From positions 64,001-128,000 of the IMG/VR virus record IMGVR_UViG_3300013121_000020: a stretch of 64,000 nt of DNA. One strand, written 5' to 3'. Positions 8,922 through 17,316 of this stretch are shown one piece after another (position 1 is the stretch's first letter; the number at the start of each line of letters is the position of its first letter). The position numbers were made by a program, and so were the translations under genes. The notes below the pieces were generated by a model that was not told the origin of the DNA, searched no databases, and saw only the letters and a program-made list of their open reading frames with translations. Source of the DNA: a virus. Taxonomy: Duplodnaviria; Caudoviricetes.

Positions 8922-10235
8922 TTAATGTGATGGTTCATATATAAAACACAATTTTGGGCCTCCCCATTTTTTGATATATCCAAATTTTTCAGCGAATTGG
9001 CTTTCTGTGAGTTTTAAATTTACAGCACGATTATAAAGTGTCTTTTTATGCATGACAAAGCCGTCTTTATCAACATACCAATAATCTGGATTTGTTTGAT
9101 GGTGGAGTTTGAAATTTGCTGCTTTATAAACAGCGCCAGTATGACCAACAGTTGTGTCAGCAAATGCTATAACTGCTTTATAGTTTTTAACAAGTTTTGC
9201 TAACCACCAACTAAGCAGATTGTGTTTGTGATAATTTGGATGTACACATAGTCGTGCTAATTCGACGGTGTTGGGTGGAAATTGGTGTGCCATGTTTTGT
9301 CGCGGGAGTGGACTAAATCGACTCACAGCGATTAATTTATTTTCTAGCCATAGTCCAAAATCAGTTCCTCCTCTAGAGCTTGTTAAATAATGATATTTAG
9401 ATAAAAATTTATTCGATTCTTCTCTGCTTAATTGATTACTATACAATTGAGATAATTTGAATTGTGTTGTTTCAATTGCGAGATTGAGTTTTAATTTAAG
9501 ACGATCTAACACACGATCTTTGGTTGCAAATTCATGTTCCCAAATATACATGATTTCATATTCTGGAAAATATCGTTGTATATATGTGAATTTTGAACGA
9601 TCATTACGAATAGCTTTTGGTAATGAATGCCAATAATCTCCTTGACATTCGATTAAGATTGATCGGGGTTTATGTGGAATTAAACAATCGAATGAATAAA
9701 ATCCGATAGTTGTGTTTGGACCTTCTTTGTGATGTTCTACTCCGAGATTTGTTAAATATTCATATAAAATTGTCTGTAGTGATGATGTTTTTTGTCTGCT
9801 TAAATTGTTTAATGCGGCGATTCGATATGAGTTGTCTAACCATCTTTGTCGTAGTCCGATTGATATTTTTTCTCGTGTTTCTGGAGTTGCAAGAGCTGTT
9901 TTTACATTATTTATTATTTTTGTTCTGTATTCTAGAATTGTCCATAATTTTAATGTTCTAATTGATTGTTGTTTTTTATATTCATCAGTTGTATTTGCCG
10001 CGATACTTGCTGCGGTGATTTTCGCTCTAAAATCTGATCGTTTCCATAAAGTTTTGCTTTGTTCGGAACGGCGTTCTGAAGAGCCACTATATTTTCCTGT
10101 CACACCAGCTAACTTTGCTGCACATTTTTGACATAAATATACGCCATTCTTCTTTATGTTGGCTTTGTAAGTGTCGCGGCGTACTAAACCAGACCACCCA
10201 CAGTTACAATTGGCGTGTTCACGTGGTCTAGCCAT
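8922..10235 (-). CDS. homing-endonuclease-like protein: Zn ribbon, helical repeats, Vsr/DUF559-like nuclease, Mom-like GNAT domain
   Basis: YSFDCLIP..LIECQGDYWHS; VELARLCVHP..VIAFADTTVGHTGAVYKAANF (Mom-like); ATG 10235 has a GGAG SD. Confidence 0.75.
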   Translation of the reverse strand: MARPREHANCNCGWSGLVRRDTYKANIKKNGVYLCQKCAAKLAGVTGKYSGSSERRSEQSKTLWKRSDFRAKITAASIAANTTDEYKKQQSIRTLKLWTILEYRTKIINNVKTALATPETREKISIGLRQRWLDNSYRIAALNNLSRQKTSSLQTILYEYLTNLGVEHHKEGPNTTIGFYSFDCLIPHKPRSILIECQGDYWHSLPKAIRNDRSKFTYIQRYFPEYEIMYIWEHEFATKDRVLDRLKLKLNLAIETTQFKLSQLYSNQLSREESNKFLSKYHYLTSSRGGTDFGLWLENKLIAVSRFSPLPRQNMAHQFPPNTVELARLCVHPNYHKHNLLSWWLAKLVKNYKAVIAFADTTVGHTGAVYKAANFKLHHQTNPDYWYVDKDGFVMHKKTLYNRAVNLKLTESQFAEKFGYIKKWGGPKLCFIYEPSH

Positions 10236-10246
10236 ACGATTCTCCA

Positions 10247-10286
10247 GCAAAACTATATTGAATAGCATGTTGCTATCTAAAAATAC
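10247..10286 (+). promoter_or_regulatory. putative late-promoter motifs upstream of the tail tube gene (GCAAAACTA 10247-10255, CTAAAAATA 10277-10285)
   Basis: recurring motif. Confidence 0.5.
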
Positions 10287-10304
10287 ATTTGCCGAGGGTT
10301 TCAA

Positions 10305-10886
10305 ATGCCCGGCTTTAATATTGCACCATATGGTGGTGGTTACTCAGTACAAGGGCCTTCTAACGTCCTTGAAACTCGGCGCAAGCACCGTTGGGTGTTT
10401 GAGACGATTGGCAGAGGTACTGGTAGCTTTTCTCAGACAGAATTACTAGTGTTGCAGTCTGCATCTCGTCCGAGTTTTAAATTCGAAGAACCTGAGATGC
10501 ATCACAATCAAGAAGTATCCCGTTTTGCTGGTAAGCAAGATTGGGAACCGATTACTATGACGTGGTATGATGTTCAACAAGATCCTGACGTTTCGCGTGG
10601 GATCTATATGTGGATTGAGACTGTTGTTAACATGTTCTCATTACAGGTTGCTCATCCTAGATTATATAAAAAGACTGCTGTTCTTTTGATGATTGATGGT
10701 GTTGGTCAAACTACTGAACGATGGACGATGCTTGGGACATGGCCATCAACTTGCAATTGGCAAGAATTAGATTACACTTCCACTGATATTCAAACATTGG
10801 AAGCGACAATGAGATATGATCGTGCGGTGCGTGATTGCGTTGCTCCGATTTCTCCGCAACCAATTTCGCCAAACTGCCCAGTTTGA
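10305..10886 (+). CDS. tail tube protein, T4 gp19-like
   Basis: FAGKQDWEPITMTWYD, W.MLGTWPS, ELDY..T.RYD tube motifs; follows the sheath. Confidence 0.85.
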   Translation: MPGFNIAPYGGGYSVQGPSNVLETRRKHRWVFETIGRGTGSFSQTELLVLQSASRPSFKFEEPEMHHNQEVSRFAGKQDWEPITMTWYDVQQDPDVSRGIYMWIETVVNMFSLQVAHPRLYKKTAVLLMIDGVGQTTERWTMLGTWPSTCNWQELDYTSTDIQTLEATMRYDRAVRDCVAPISPQPISPNCPV

Positions 10887-10894
10887 TAATTAGT

Positions 10895-10931
10895 AGAAGG
10901 CAATGGGGTACTATAACACCCATTGCCTTCT
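10895..10931 (+). terminator. 13-bp inverted repeat, probable terminator after tube gene 1
   Basis: AGAAGGCAATGGG..CCCATTGCCTTCT followed by T-rich sequence. Confidence 0.65.
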
Positions 10932-10986
10932 TGCTTATTTGCAAATATAAGCAGTGTTTGCAATTCGCTTGATTGTGGGAGGCGCA

Positions 10987-11577
10987 ATGCCTGGTTTTAG
11001 AATACCAGTCCCAAATTATTGTGGAGTTACTGATTTTGGCGATGGGCCAAGCAATACTGTTGAAACAGCACGTAGACATCGTTATTCTCTAGAGGTCTTA
11101 GAGCCGCTTGGTGATAAATACACAGGATTGTTATTATTTGGATATAAATGTACAAGACCGACAATTGAATTTGATGAGATGGCGATTCATAATGGTCAAG
11201 ATGAAATTTTTCGTCCTGGTAAACAACATTGGAAACCAGTTGATTTCAGTTTTTATGAAAAGCTTGATGGCGACAATGTTTTATCTAATCAAGCGGCTGA
11301 ATTAATTTATGGGTGGTGGGGCTTCACTATGGTTAATGTGTGGAGTTCATTACATCAAGAACCAGCAAAATATTTAAAAAATATTCAACTTGATTTGTTA
11401 GATGGTTCTGGAAAAACAGTATGGGTATATGAGTTGTTAGATTCTTGGCCATCACGTATATCACCAAGTCAACTAGATTATACTGATACTGCGATTGCTG
11501 ATATTACTGTTACTATTAGATATTCTAAAGCACGAGAAGGTCAATTTCCTTTTGGCATAGACACCTCGGCTCTTTGA
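10987..11577 (+). CDS. tail tube paralog 2 (gp19/gp54-like)
   Basis: PGKQHWKPVDFSFYE, DSWPS..LDY motifs; GGGAGG SD; GCAAATATA at 10941. Confidence 0.75.
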   Translation: MPGFRIPVPNYCGVTDFGDGPSNTVETARRHRYSLEVLEPLGDKYTGLLLFGYKCTRPTIEFDEMAIHNGQDEIFRPGKQHWKPVDFSFYEKLDGDNVLSNQAAELIYGWWGFTMVNVWSSLHQEPAKYLKNIQLDLLDGSGKTVWVYELLDSWPSRISPSQLDYTDTAIADITVTIRYSKAREGQFPFGIDTSAL

Positions 11578-11591
11578 ATTTGGAGGGTGGT

Positions 11592-12122
11592 ATGCCTGGA
11601 TTTATGATAGATAGGTTTGGCGGAGAGAGAATTCATACTCAACCATTGGGTGGTAAACGACAATATTATTATAATTATTTTTGGGAAATTGAAGACTTAT
11701 TTGAAACGAAATTATTTAGCACTACTGATGCACTTATTTCGTTGAAAGATGTCACATTACCAACATTTACTGTTAGTAAAGAAACATATGTTGGTAGCAC
11801 TTTAGAGTACAAGTTTGCTAAAAATGTGACATGGGAAGATATTAAGGTGAGTTGGTATGATTCAGAGGGTCTTTTACCGTTTGTGAAAGGTTGGAGAGAA
11901 TCGGTATGGACACCAAACACTGGTTTACAAATGTCAAATGAATATAAGAAAATTTCAATAATACATCATTTTTTACCAACTGGAAAAAGAAATAATAAAT
12001 GGCGTCTTATTAATAGTTGGCCATCTCAGATTAGAAATGGTGAATTGACATATACAAGCAGTGAGATAAAATTGGTTGAAGTTACCATAACCTATGATTG
12101 GGCTGAAGAAACGCCCGGTTAG
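11592..12122 (+). CDS. tail tube paralog 3 (gp19/gp54-like)
   Basis: FAKNVTWEDIKVSWYD, NSWPS..ELTY..VTITYDWA; GGAGG SD. Confidence 0.75.
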   Translation: MPGFMIDRFGGERIHTQPLGGKRQYYYNYFWEIEDLFETKLFSTTDALISLKDVTLPTFTVSKETYVGSTLEYKFAKNVTWEDIKVSWYDSEGLLPFVKGWRESVWTPNTGLQMSNEYKKISIIHHFLPTGKRNNKWRLINSWPSQIRNGELTYTSSEIKLVEVTITYDWAEETPG

Positions 12123-12155
12123 TATATAGTAAGAAGCAAAATACACATCATTATT

Positions 12156-13196
12156 ATGGTGATTAATATGGAAGAAGAACTAAACATTAATGCTCCTAGT
12201 GATCCAATTTCTAAGAAACAAGCTCAAGATCAGCAGTCAGAAGAAGATCATGCCAATCGTATGGATGGTAAGGTTGGCGATTTGAGTGATGTCGCTGCTC
12301 CTGGGCAAACTAATGAAGAATTTATTCATAGGTTGCTGCAGGTTCCCAGTGACCGATTGATTCCATGGGAAGAATGCTGGTTGCCAAGTAAGGGTATTTA
12401 TTATGGATGGCCAGATGGGTTAGTTAAAGTTAAGGCTATGGGGCAAGTTGCGGAAAAGATTTTATCAACGCAGAGACTAGCCCAAACTGGACAATCTATT
12501 GATTATTTATTTAGGGAATGTTGTCAGTTTCCGAATGGATTCGATCCAGTTGATTTGTTGCTTGGCGATAGAATATTTATGTTATATTTTATCCGTGGTA
12601 TTACTCACGGTAATATGTATGAGTTTGTGATTACATGTCCAAATGTAAACTGTGAAGCTGTTAGTACGCATACTTATGATCTTAATGATCTTGCTCAAAC
12701 GATTAATTGGGCGAAGCCAGAACTTGGTCGGGAACCATTTCAAGTGGACTTGCCATATATTTCAGCAGCTACTAAACGTCGTGTGTGGGTTGGAGTTCGA
12801 TTTTTGCGTGCTTCTGATGCGAGTGATATTCTTGCAAAGCGTAAGACACGGAAGAAGATGTTTGCAAAACCAGGTGGTGTTCGCACAAGAAGTAGGTCTG
12901 GACAGCAGTCAGTTGATCCGCGACAGCAGGCTGAGCAAAATCAGATGTTGGATGATACCATTTCTCACAATATGGAGAAGATTATTGTTAATGTTTTAGG
13001 CATTAACGATTTGTTCACTGTTCGTGATTTTATTTCTAAAATGCATGCTCAAGATACAGCTGCGGTCAGAGAATGGCTGCGGGAGAATACTCCGGGTATC
13101 GACAACACTGTAACTGTTACCTGCCCAGAGTGCAGTAACGAGTTTACAGTTGAGTTGCCGATCACGGACTCATTTTTTCGCCCGTCAAAGTCCTGA
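12156..13196 (+). CDS. baseplate hub assembly / tail assembly chaperone, gp26-like
   Basis: LPSKG..Y, LLLGDRIF..RGIT.G..Y, CP..C motifs, TPGID..CPEC, C-terminal FFRP. Confidence 0.75.
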   Translation: MVINMEEELNINAPSDPISKKQAQDQQSEEDHANRMDGKVGDLSDVAAPGQTNEEFIHRLLQVPSDRLIPWEECWLPSKGIYYGWPDGLVKVKAMGQVAEKILSTQRLAQTGQSIDYLFRECCQFPNGFDPVDLLLGDRIFMLYFIRGITHGNMYEFVITCPNVNCEAVSTHTYDLNDLAQTINWAKPELGREPFQVDLPYISAATKRRVWVGVRFLRASDASDILAKRKTRKKMFAKPGGVRTRSRSGQQSVDPRQQAEQNQMLDDTISHNMEKIIVNVLGINDLFTVRDFISKMHAQDTAAVREWLRENTPGIDNTVTVTCPECSNEFTVELPITDSFFRPSKS

Positions 13197-13224
13197 TGAA
13201 TATGAACGTGCGTGGAATCAGATT

Positions 13225-13431
13225 ATGGAACAACAGTTCCAATTGAAGTTCCATGGACATTATGATTTATTTGAACAATCGACAATGACGGCTGAAGAGC
13301 GCACATGGATTCTTAAACGTCTCGAAAAGGAATTTAAAGATAGAGCAGAACGTGAGAAGGCACAAATGGGTTCTGTGCGTCGTCCATCTATGCCATCAGT
13401 AAGGAAACCAAGTATTTCACGTAAGCGATGA
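13225..13431 (+). CDS. small hub assembly catalyst, gp51-like (possibly reached by frameshift from the gp26-like gene)
   Basis: FQLKFHGHYDLFEQSTMTAEER.W pattern; frame open from 13150, overlapping the upstream gene. Confidence 0.6.
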   Translation: MEQQFQLKFHGHYDLFEQSTMTAEERTWILKRLEKEFKDRAEREKAQMGSVRRPSMPSVRKPSISRKR

Positions 13432-13496
13432 CAAATAAATTTTAGTTATTCTAATACATATAGGAGGCAAAAGTAATATAAGATGTGAGGTACATA

Positions 13497-14387
13497 ATGA
13501 GTTGCCCTCAACTACTTAATTCACACCCGCGAATATCCGCGAGACGTGGTGCGGTTGTGGATCTCAATGTTGATTTTTTCAAGAATGGTATTTTGACTGA
13601 TCCATATGCAATTCGACATGTTGAAATTTATAAAACACAAGTTCTTCCACACAATTTAGTTACAACAATTCCGATTGCAGAATTAGAAGATTCTTTATAT
13701 CCGGCACCATTATGCAGAGACTATCAAGATAGCACTGGTGCAGAAACAACATCCGGTGATGCTGATGCTACTTTAGTAGCGGGTCGATTTCATCTTCCAT
13801 ATTTCGTGCCACTAGACTTTATAGTGCCAGATGTTTATTTTGATGTGTGGTATTATTTTGCAGAAAATCCGTGTGATGATGATTTAAGCGGAACTGGAAC
13901 CGATTTTACATCTGGTCCTGGCACAGCTTGTAATTTAAATAATCCTGAATTTGATACTGTATTATTGAAATCATGTAATAGATTTTGGATTTATCCAGAA
14001 GAGTGGTTTGTTAGCGATCGGTTACAGACTTTACGATTTGGATTTGAACCATTAGACCAACGTTTTCAATCGCCTGAAAAGCGGCCTTTGGAAGTTGGGT
14101 TGATGCCTCTTCCATTGTATGATTTCAATTATAATTTGGTTACTCCAATAATTCCATTTTTGCAACCAACTATTACTATTAGAACACAACGATGTGAACT
14201 ATTAGTTGATAATGAACCTTGTAGAATTGGTATAAGACAAGGGTCGTATCGAACCAATCCATGGGTCATTCAATATGACCTTGACACAAATAAATTCTTA
14301 AAGGGGACATATCAATATCAAATCACGTTGACATTACCAGATAGTTCGACAAGAGTTAGTAGACCATTTATCTTAGTGATAGCATAG
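13497..14387 (+). CDS. hypothetical, probably beta-rich virion protein
   Basis: GAGG SD; GCAAAAGTA motif at 13467; located in the tail cluster. Confidence 0.6.
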   Translation: MSCPQLLNSHPRISARRGAVVDLNVDFFKNGILTDPYAIRHVEIYKTQVLPHNLVTTIPIAELEDSLYPAPLCRDYQDSTGAETTSGDADATLVAGRFHLPYFVPLDFIVPDVYFDVWYYFAENPCDDDLSGTGTDFTSGPGTACNLNNPEFDTVLLKSCNRFWIYPEEWFVSDRLQTLRFGFEPLDQRFQSPEKRPLEVGLMPLPLYDFNYNLVTPIIPFLQPTITIRTQRCELLVDNEPCRIGIRQGSYRTNPWVIQYDLDTNKFLKGTYQYQITLTLPDSSTRVSRPFILVIA

Positions 14388-14400
14388 GAGAATCAATGTT

Positions 14401-14883
14401 ATGGGGAATGCGATTCTTGAGGGTTCGCCATCCATTGTTCGATTACGAGAATTGTCAAATTCTCTTAACTTAGAGGAAAGGAATCTTTATAATTTCTTTA
14501 ATCAGTCATCGGATCTACTAGCTATCATTAGTGCTGATGGAATGTTTGTGAAAGCTAATGAATCGTGGCATAAATTTCTTGGATGGGAAATGCATGAACT
14601 CATGCAGAAACCGTGGTTGCATCTAATACACCCTGCAGATATAACCAAAGTCCGAGATGTGGTCGGGCATCTTGTTGCTCACGATGTTGATCGTTTTCAT
14701 TGTCGTGTGCAATGTAGTGATAATAGACATGTTGTAGTGGAGTTCTCAGCTACTAAGTGGAATAATGGGCACTCTAATCTCATAGGTAGAATAGTGCCAG
14801 ATGCGTGCTTTGAATGTCCTAATACTAGTTCTCGCATAAATTGGAGACCCCATGCCTGCAGCACCGCCAAACAAGGGGGGTAA
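14401..14883 (+). CDS. stand-alone PAS-domain protein
   Basis: FFNQSSDLLAIISADGMFVKANESW..LGW..EL..KPWLHLIHPAD is a classic PAS/PAS_3 pattern; AGGAG SD. Confidence 0.8.
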   Translation: MGNAILEGSPSIVRLRELSNSLNLEERNLYNFFNQSSDLLAIISADGMFVKANESWHKFLGWEMHELMQKPWLHLIHPADITKVRDVVGHLVAHDVDRFHCRVQCSDNRHVVVEFSATKWNNGHSNLIGRIVPDACFECPNTSSRINWRPHACSTAKQGG

Positions 14884-15285
14884 CGGGGATGGATCGAATG
14901 GGTGGGCTGAATATCGACGATTGGTGTTAGCAGAGATCGAAAGAATAAGCCTAAGATAGAAAGCCAGCACACAGCAATACAACTAGCACTCACCCAAGCG
15001 ATTTCTGATGCCCGTGCTCATCTACTAGATAAGATTCGTGAAACAGCTACTGAAATAAAGGAGAATAACGATGAAAAACTCGCAATTGTTGAAAAGGATA
15101 TTGAAACTAAAATTCGAGAATTAGATACGCGATATCAATCTGAAATGAAATTGATTCGAAATGAAATTGATAAACAAGGTAGAGATATCTCTGTTTTGAA
15201 GGCCAAAGCGGCGCTTCTTGGTGCCGTTGCTGGGTTTGTAGTTGCCGTTGTTGGAGTAATAGCAAGCATTTTCTTCAATAAGTGA
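14852..15285 (+). pseudogene. coiled-coil protein with C-terminal transmembrane helix (holin/XhlA-like), split by a -1 frameshift near 14950
   Basis: GGAG then ATG 14852 gives MPAAPPNKGGNGDGSNGWAEYRRLVLAEIERISLR* (stop 14957-14959); the -1 frame continues KIESQH..LKAKAALLGAVAGFVVAVVGVIASIFFNK* to 15285; absent from the ORF track. Confidence 0.6.
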
Positions 15286-15301
15286 TAGGTATTGAGTCAT
15301 T

Positions 15302-16432
15302 ATGGCTCATGATCTAAATGCTTATCGACTGAAATTAGACGGCGGCGCAAAACGAATCCCAGCATCTAAAATTGCGGCGTGGATCGAGAAGCATTTTGAT
15401 TTTAAAACTAGAAAGGATGGTGACGAATATTGCATATGTAATCCGTTCAATGGCGACACCGGATTTCATATGAATATAAATCCTGAAAAAATGGTCGTGC
15501 ATTGTTGGACTGGAGACGAGTGGGCGGGACCTGTTAATCCGAATACAGGTAAAAGAAATTGCTCGTTTATTCAATTGGTGAAGCTTTACAAAAAGTGTTC
15601 ATATCAAGAAGCCGTCAAAGACGTTCTCGATACCACAGAAGACATTAGAGCGTTTTTAAGGCCAGAAGCCCGCCATAGCACCGCAAAACCAACTCGAAAA
15701 ATAGCGGTGGCCCTTCCTGAGGGCACGGAACGATTGACTTATGATATCGATAAACAAAAACGTATATTAATCAATTGGCTCATATCTCGCGGTTATACTA
15801 TACAAGATATTGATAAGAATGATATTTATAGTCTTGGTATAGACGTTTATTGGCCATATTATGAATTTGATGAATTAGTATATTGGCAAAGTCGAAGTCG
15901 TTTTAATAAAATTTACAGATTTCCAGATACGACAATATATGATAGAAAAGGTGCGATAGTTGGTGAAACAGAAGGTAGCAAAGGTGATTTTCTATATGGA
16001 TTTGATGAATGTGATTCTGCTAATTATTTGATCTTAACTGAGTCGATTTTTGGTCAATATACGTTAGGCCAACAAGCATTAGCATCCGGTGGTGCATTAA
16101 TAACTCCGTCGCAAATTGGCAAGATTAAAATTTTGGGTCCTAGAAAAGGAATAATATTATCGCCAGATAATGATAAAGCTGGAATTCAAAGTATTATATC
16201 GAATAAAACTCTTTTAAAATCTGTTGGTTATCCAATCTTTTATAGTGTACCACCAAGAATTGAATATGTCGAAGATGGAAAACGCCATTATACAAAAGAT
16301 TGGAATGAGTTTATTACAAAATTGAAGATAAGTAAAGAGGAGATTAGAGAGATTCATGATCGCGGCATTAAACGTTTAACACATGCGTCACTTTCTCATT
16401 TGTACTCGTTTATGCCGCGTCATAAAAATTAA
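15302..16432 (+). CDS. DNA primase (Zn-binding domain plus TOPRIM), gp61/DnaG-like
   Basis: CNPF..VHCW Zn finger; YWQSR; LILTESIF; SPDNDKAG; KDWNE. Confidence 0.85.
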   Translation: MAHDLNAYRLKLDGGAKRIPASKIAAWIEKHFDFKTRKDGDEYCICNPFNGDTGFHMNINPEKMVVHCWTGDEWAGPVNPNTGKRNCSFIQLVKLYKKCSYQEAVKDVLDTTEDIRAFLRPEARHSTAKPTRKIAVALPEGTERLTYDIDKQKRILINWLISRGYTIQDIDKNDIYSLGIDVYWPYYEFDELVYWQSRSRFNKIYRFPDTTIYDRKGAIVGETEGSKGDFLYGFDECDSANYLILTESIFGQYTLGQQALASGGALITPSQIGKIKILGPRKGIILSPDNDKAGIQSIISNKTLLKSVGYPIFYSVPPRIEYVEDGKRHYTKDWNEFITKLKISKEEIREIHDRGIKRLTHASLSHLYSFMPRHKN

Positions 16433-16977
16433 GCAGTTAATGATCGTCCAATTGCTTCTTCTACTTTTTGAACCATTTCATATATCGGGTTGGCTTTAGT
16501 TATTGTTTGATTTGTGCCAAGGTCAATAGATGTGTCGGCAGTGAATAATATATGAAAAGAATTTCGACCACCATATGATTTTCTTGTTTCTACTATGACT
16601 GTGATGCCCGGATTGCAATTTGGATCTTGTAATCTAAGTTCATCACATGTTTTATATTGTGGTGGTGATAGATTTAAAATGTCGACCCATTCGAAATTTT
16701 TACATTTGTTGCTGGTTCCAACAATAGCTGCTTCGATGCATAGTTTATCAAATATTGTTTTTGTTGTTTTATGATAACCTTTTCTTTGTTTTTCAATCAC
16801 TTTGGTTTCTATGAAATTCAGTAGAAGCCAATCATTGTTAAATTGTTTAATTTGTGATTGGCCTTGTGTGCCTAATCTTCCCCAACGAATGGTGGCTGTC
16901 AATGTTTGTTTGTCTATATTGACAATCCAAAATTTGTTGTGGTTTTTGCCAGTGTTGATGTAGATTGTTTCTTGCAT
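16429..16977 (-). CDS. WGR-domain protein
   Basis: HNKFW..IRWGRLGTQGQ..K..KGY. Confidence 0.85.
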   Translation of the reverse strand: MQETIYINTGKNHNKFWIVNIDKQTLTATIRWGRLGTQGQSQIKQFNNDWLLLNFIETKVIEKQRKGYHKTTKTIFDKLCIEAAIVGTSNKCKNFEWVDILNLSPPQYKTCDELRLQDPNCNPGITVIVETRKSYGGRNSFHILFTADTSIDLGTNQTITKANPIYEMVQKVEEAIGRSLTA

Positions 16978-16995
16978 ATCTTATCAAATACGTAG

Positions 16996-17271
16996 TCATT
17001 GTTTTACCTGATATCGATTTATAATTATTGCATTTTTGGTATAGATTTCACGAAAACCAGATTTAAATGAAATTGGACAATGACTTCGAAACCATTCGAT
17101 TTTTCTATCAAGTGATAATCGCGATAACTCATGCGATCTTTGTATTATTTTCTCACGTTCAGAATTTCCTATCATGTCAGATATGATGCCACAATATTTA
17201 TTGTTTCGTTCTCCTAATAGTAATAGCAATATATATTTTTGATTTTTGTAATTTAAATAGATTAGATCCAT
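16996..17271 (-). CDS. hypothetical protein
   Basis: 91-aa ORF with AAGGA SD, co-oriented with the WGR gene. Confidence 0.55.
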   Translation of the reverse strand: MDLIYLNYKNQKYILLLLLGERNNKYCGIISDMIGNSEREKIIQRSHELSRLSLDRKIEWFRSHCPISFKSGFREIYTKNAIIINRYQVKQ

Positions 17272-17316
17272 TTTTAGTCCTTAAATAAATAAAAATCAAA
17301 GATGGTGTGGTGATAT

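Noticed and set aside
14874-14883. G-run at the end of the PAS gene as a phase-variation or frameshift site
   Set aside because: The downstream gene has its own GGAG plus ATG at 14852, and a slip here would not repair the later break near 14950
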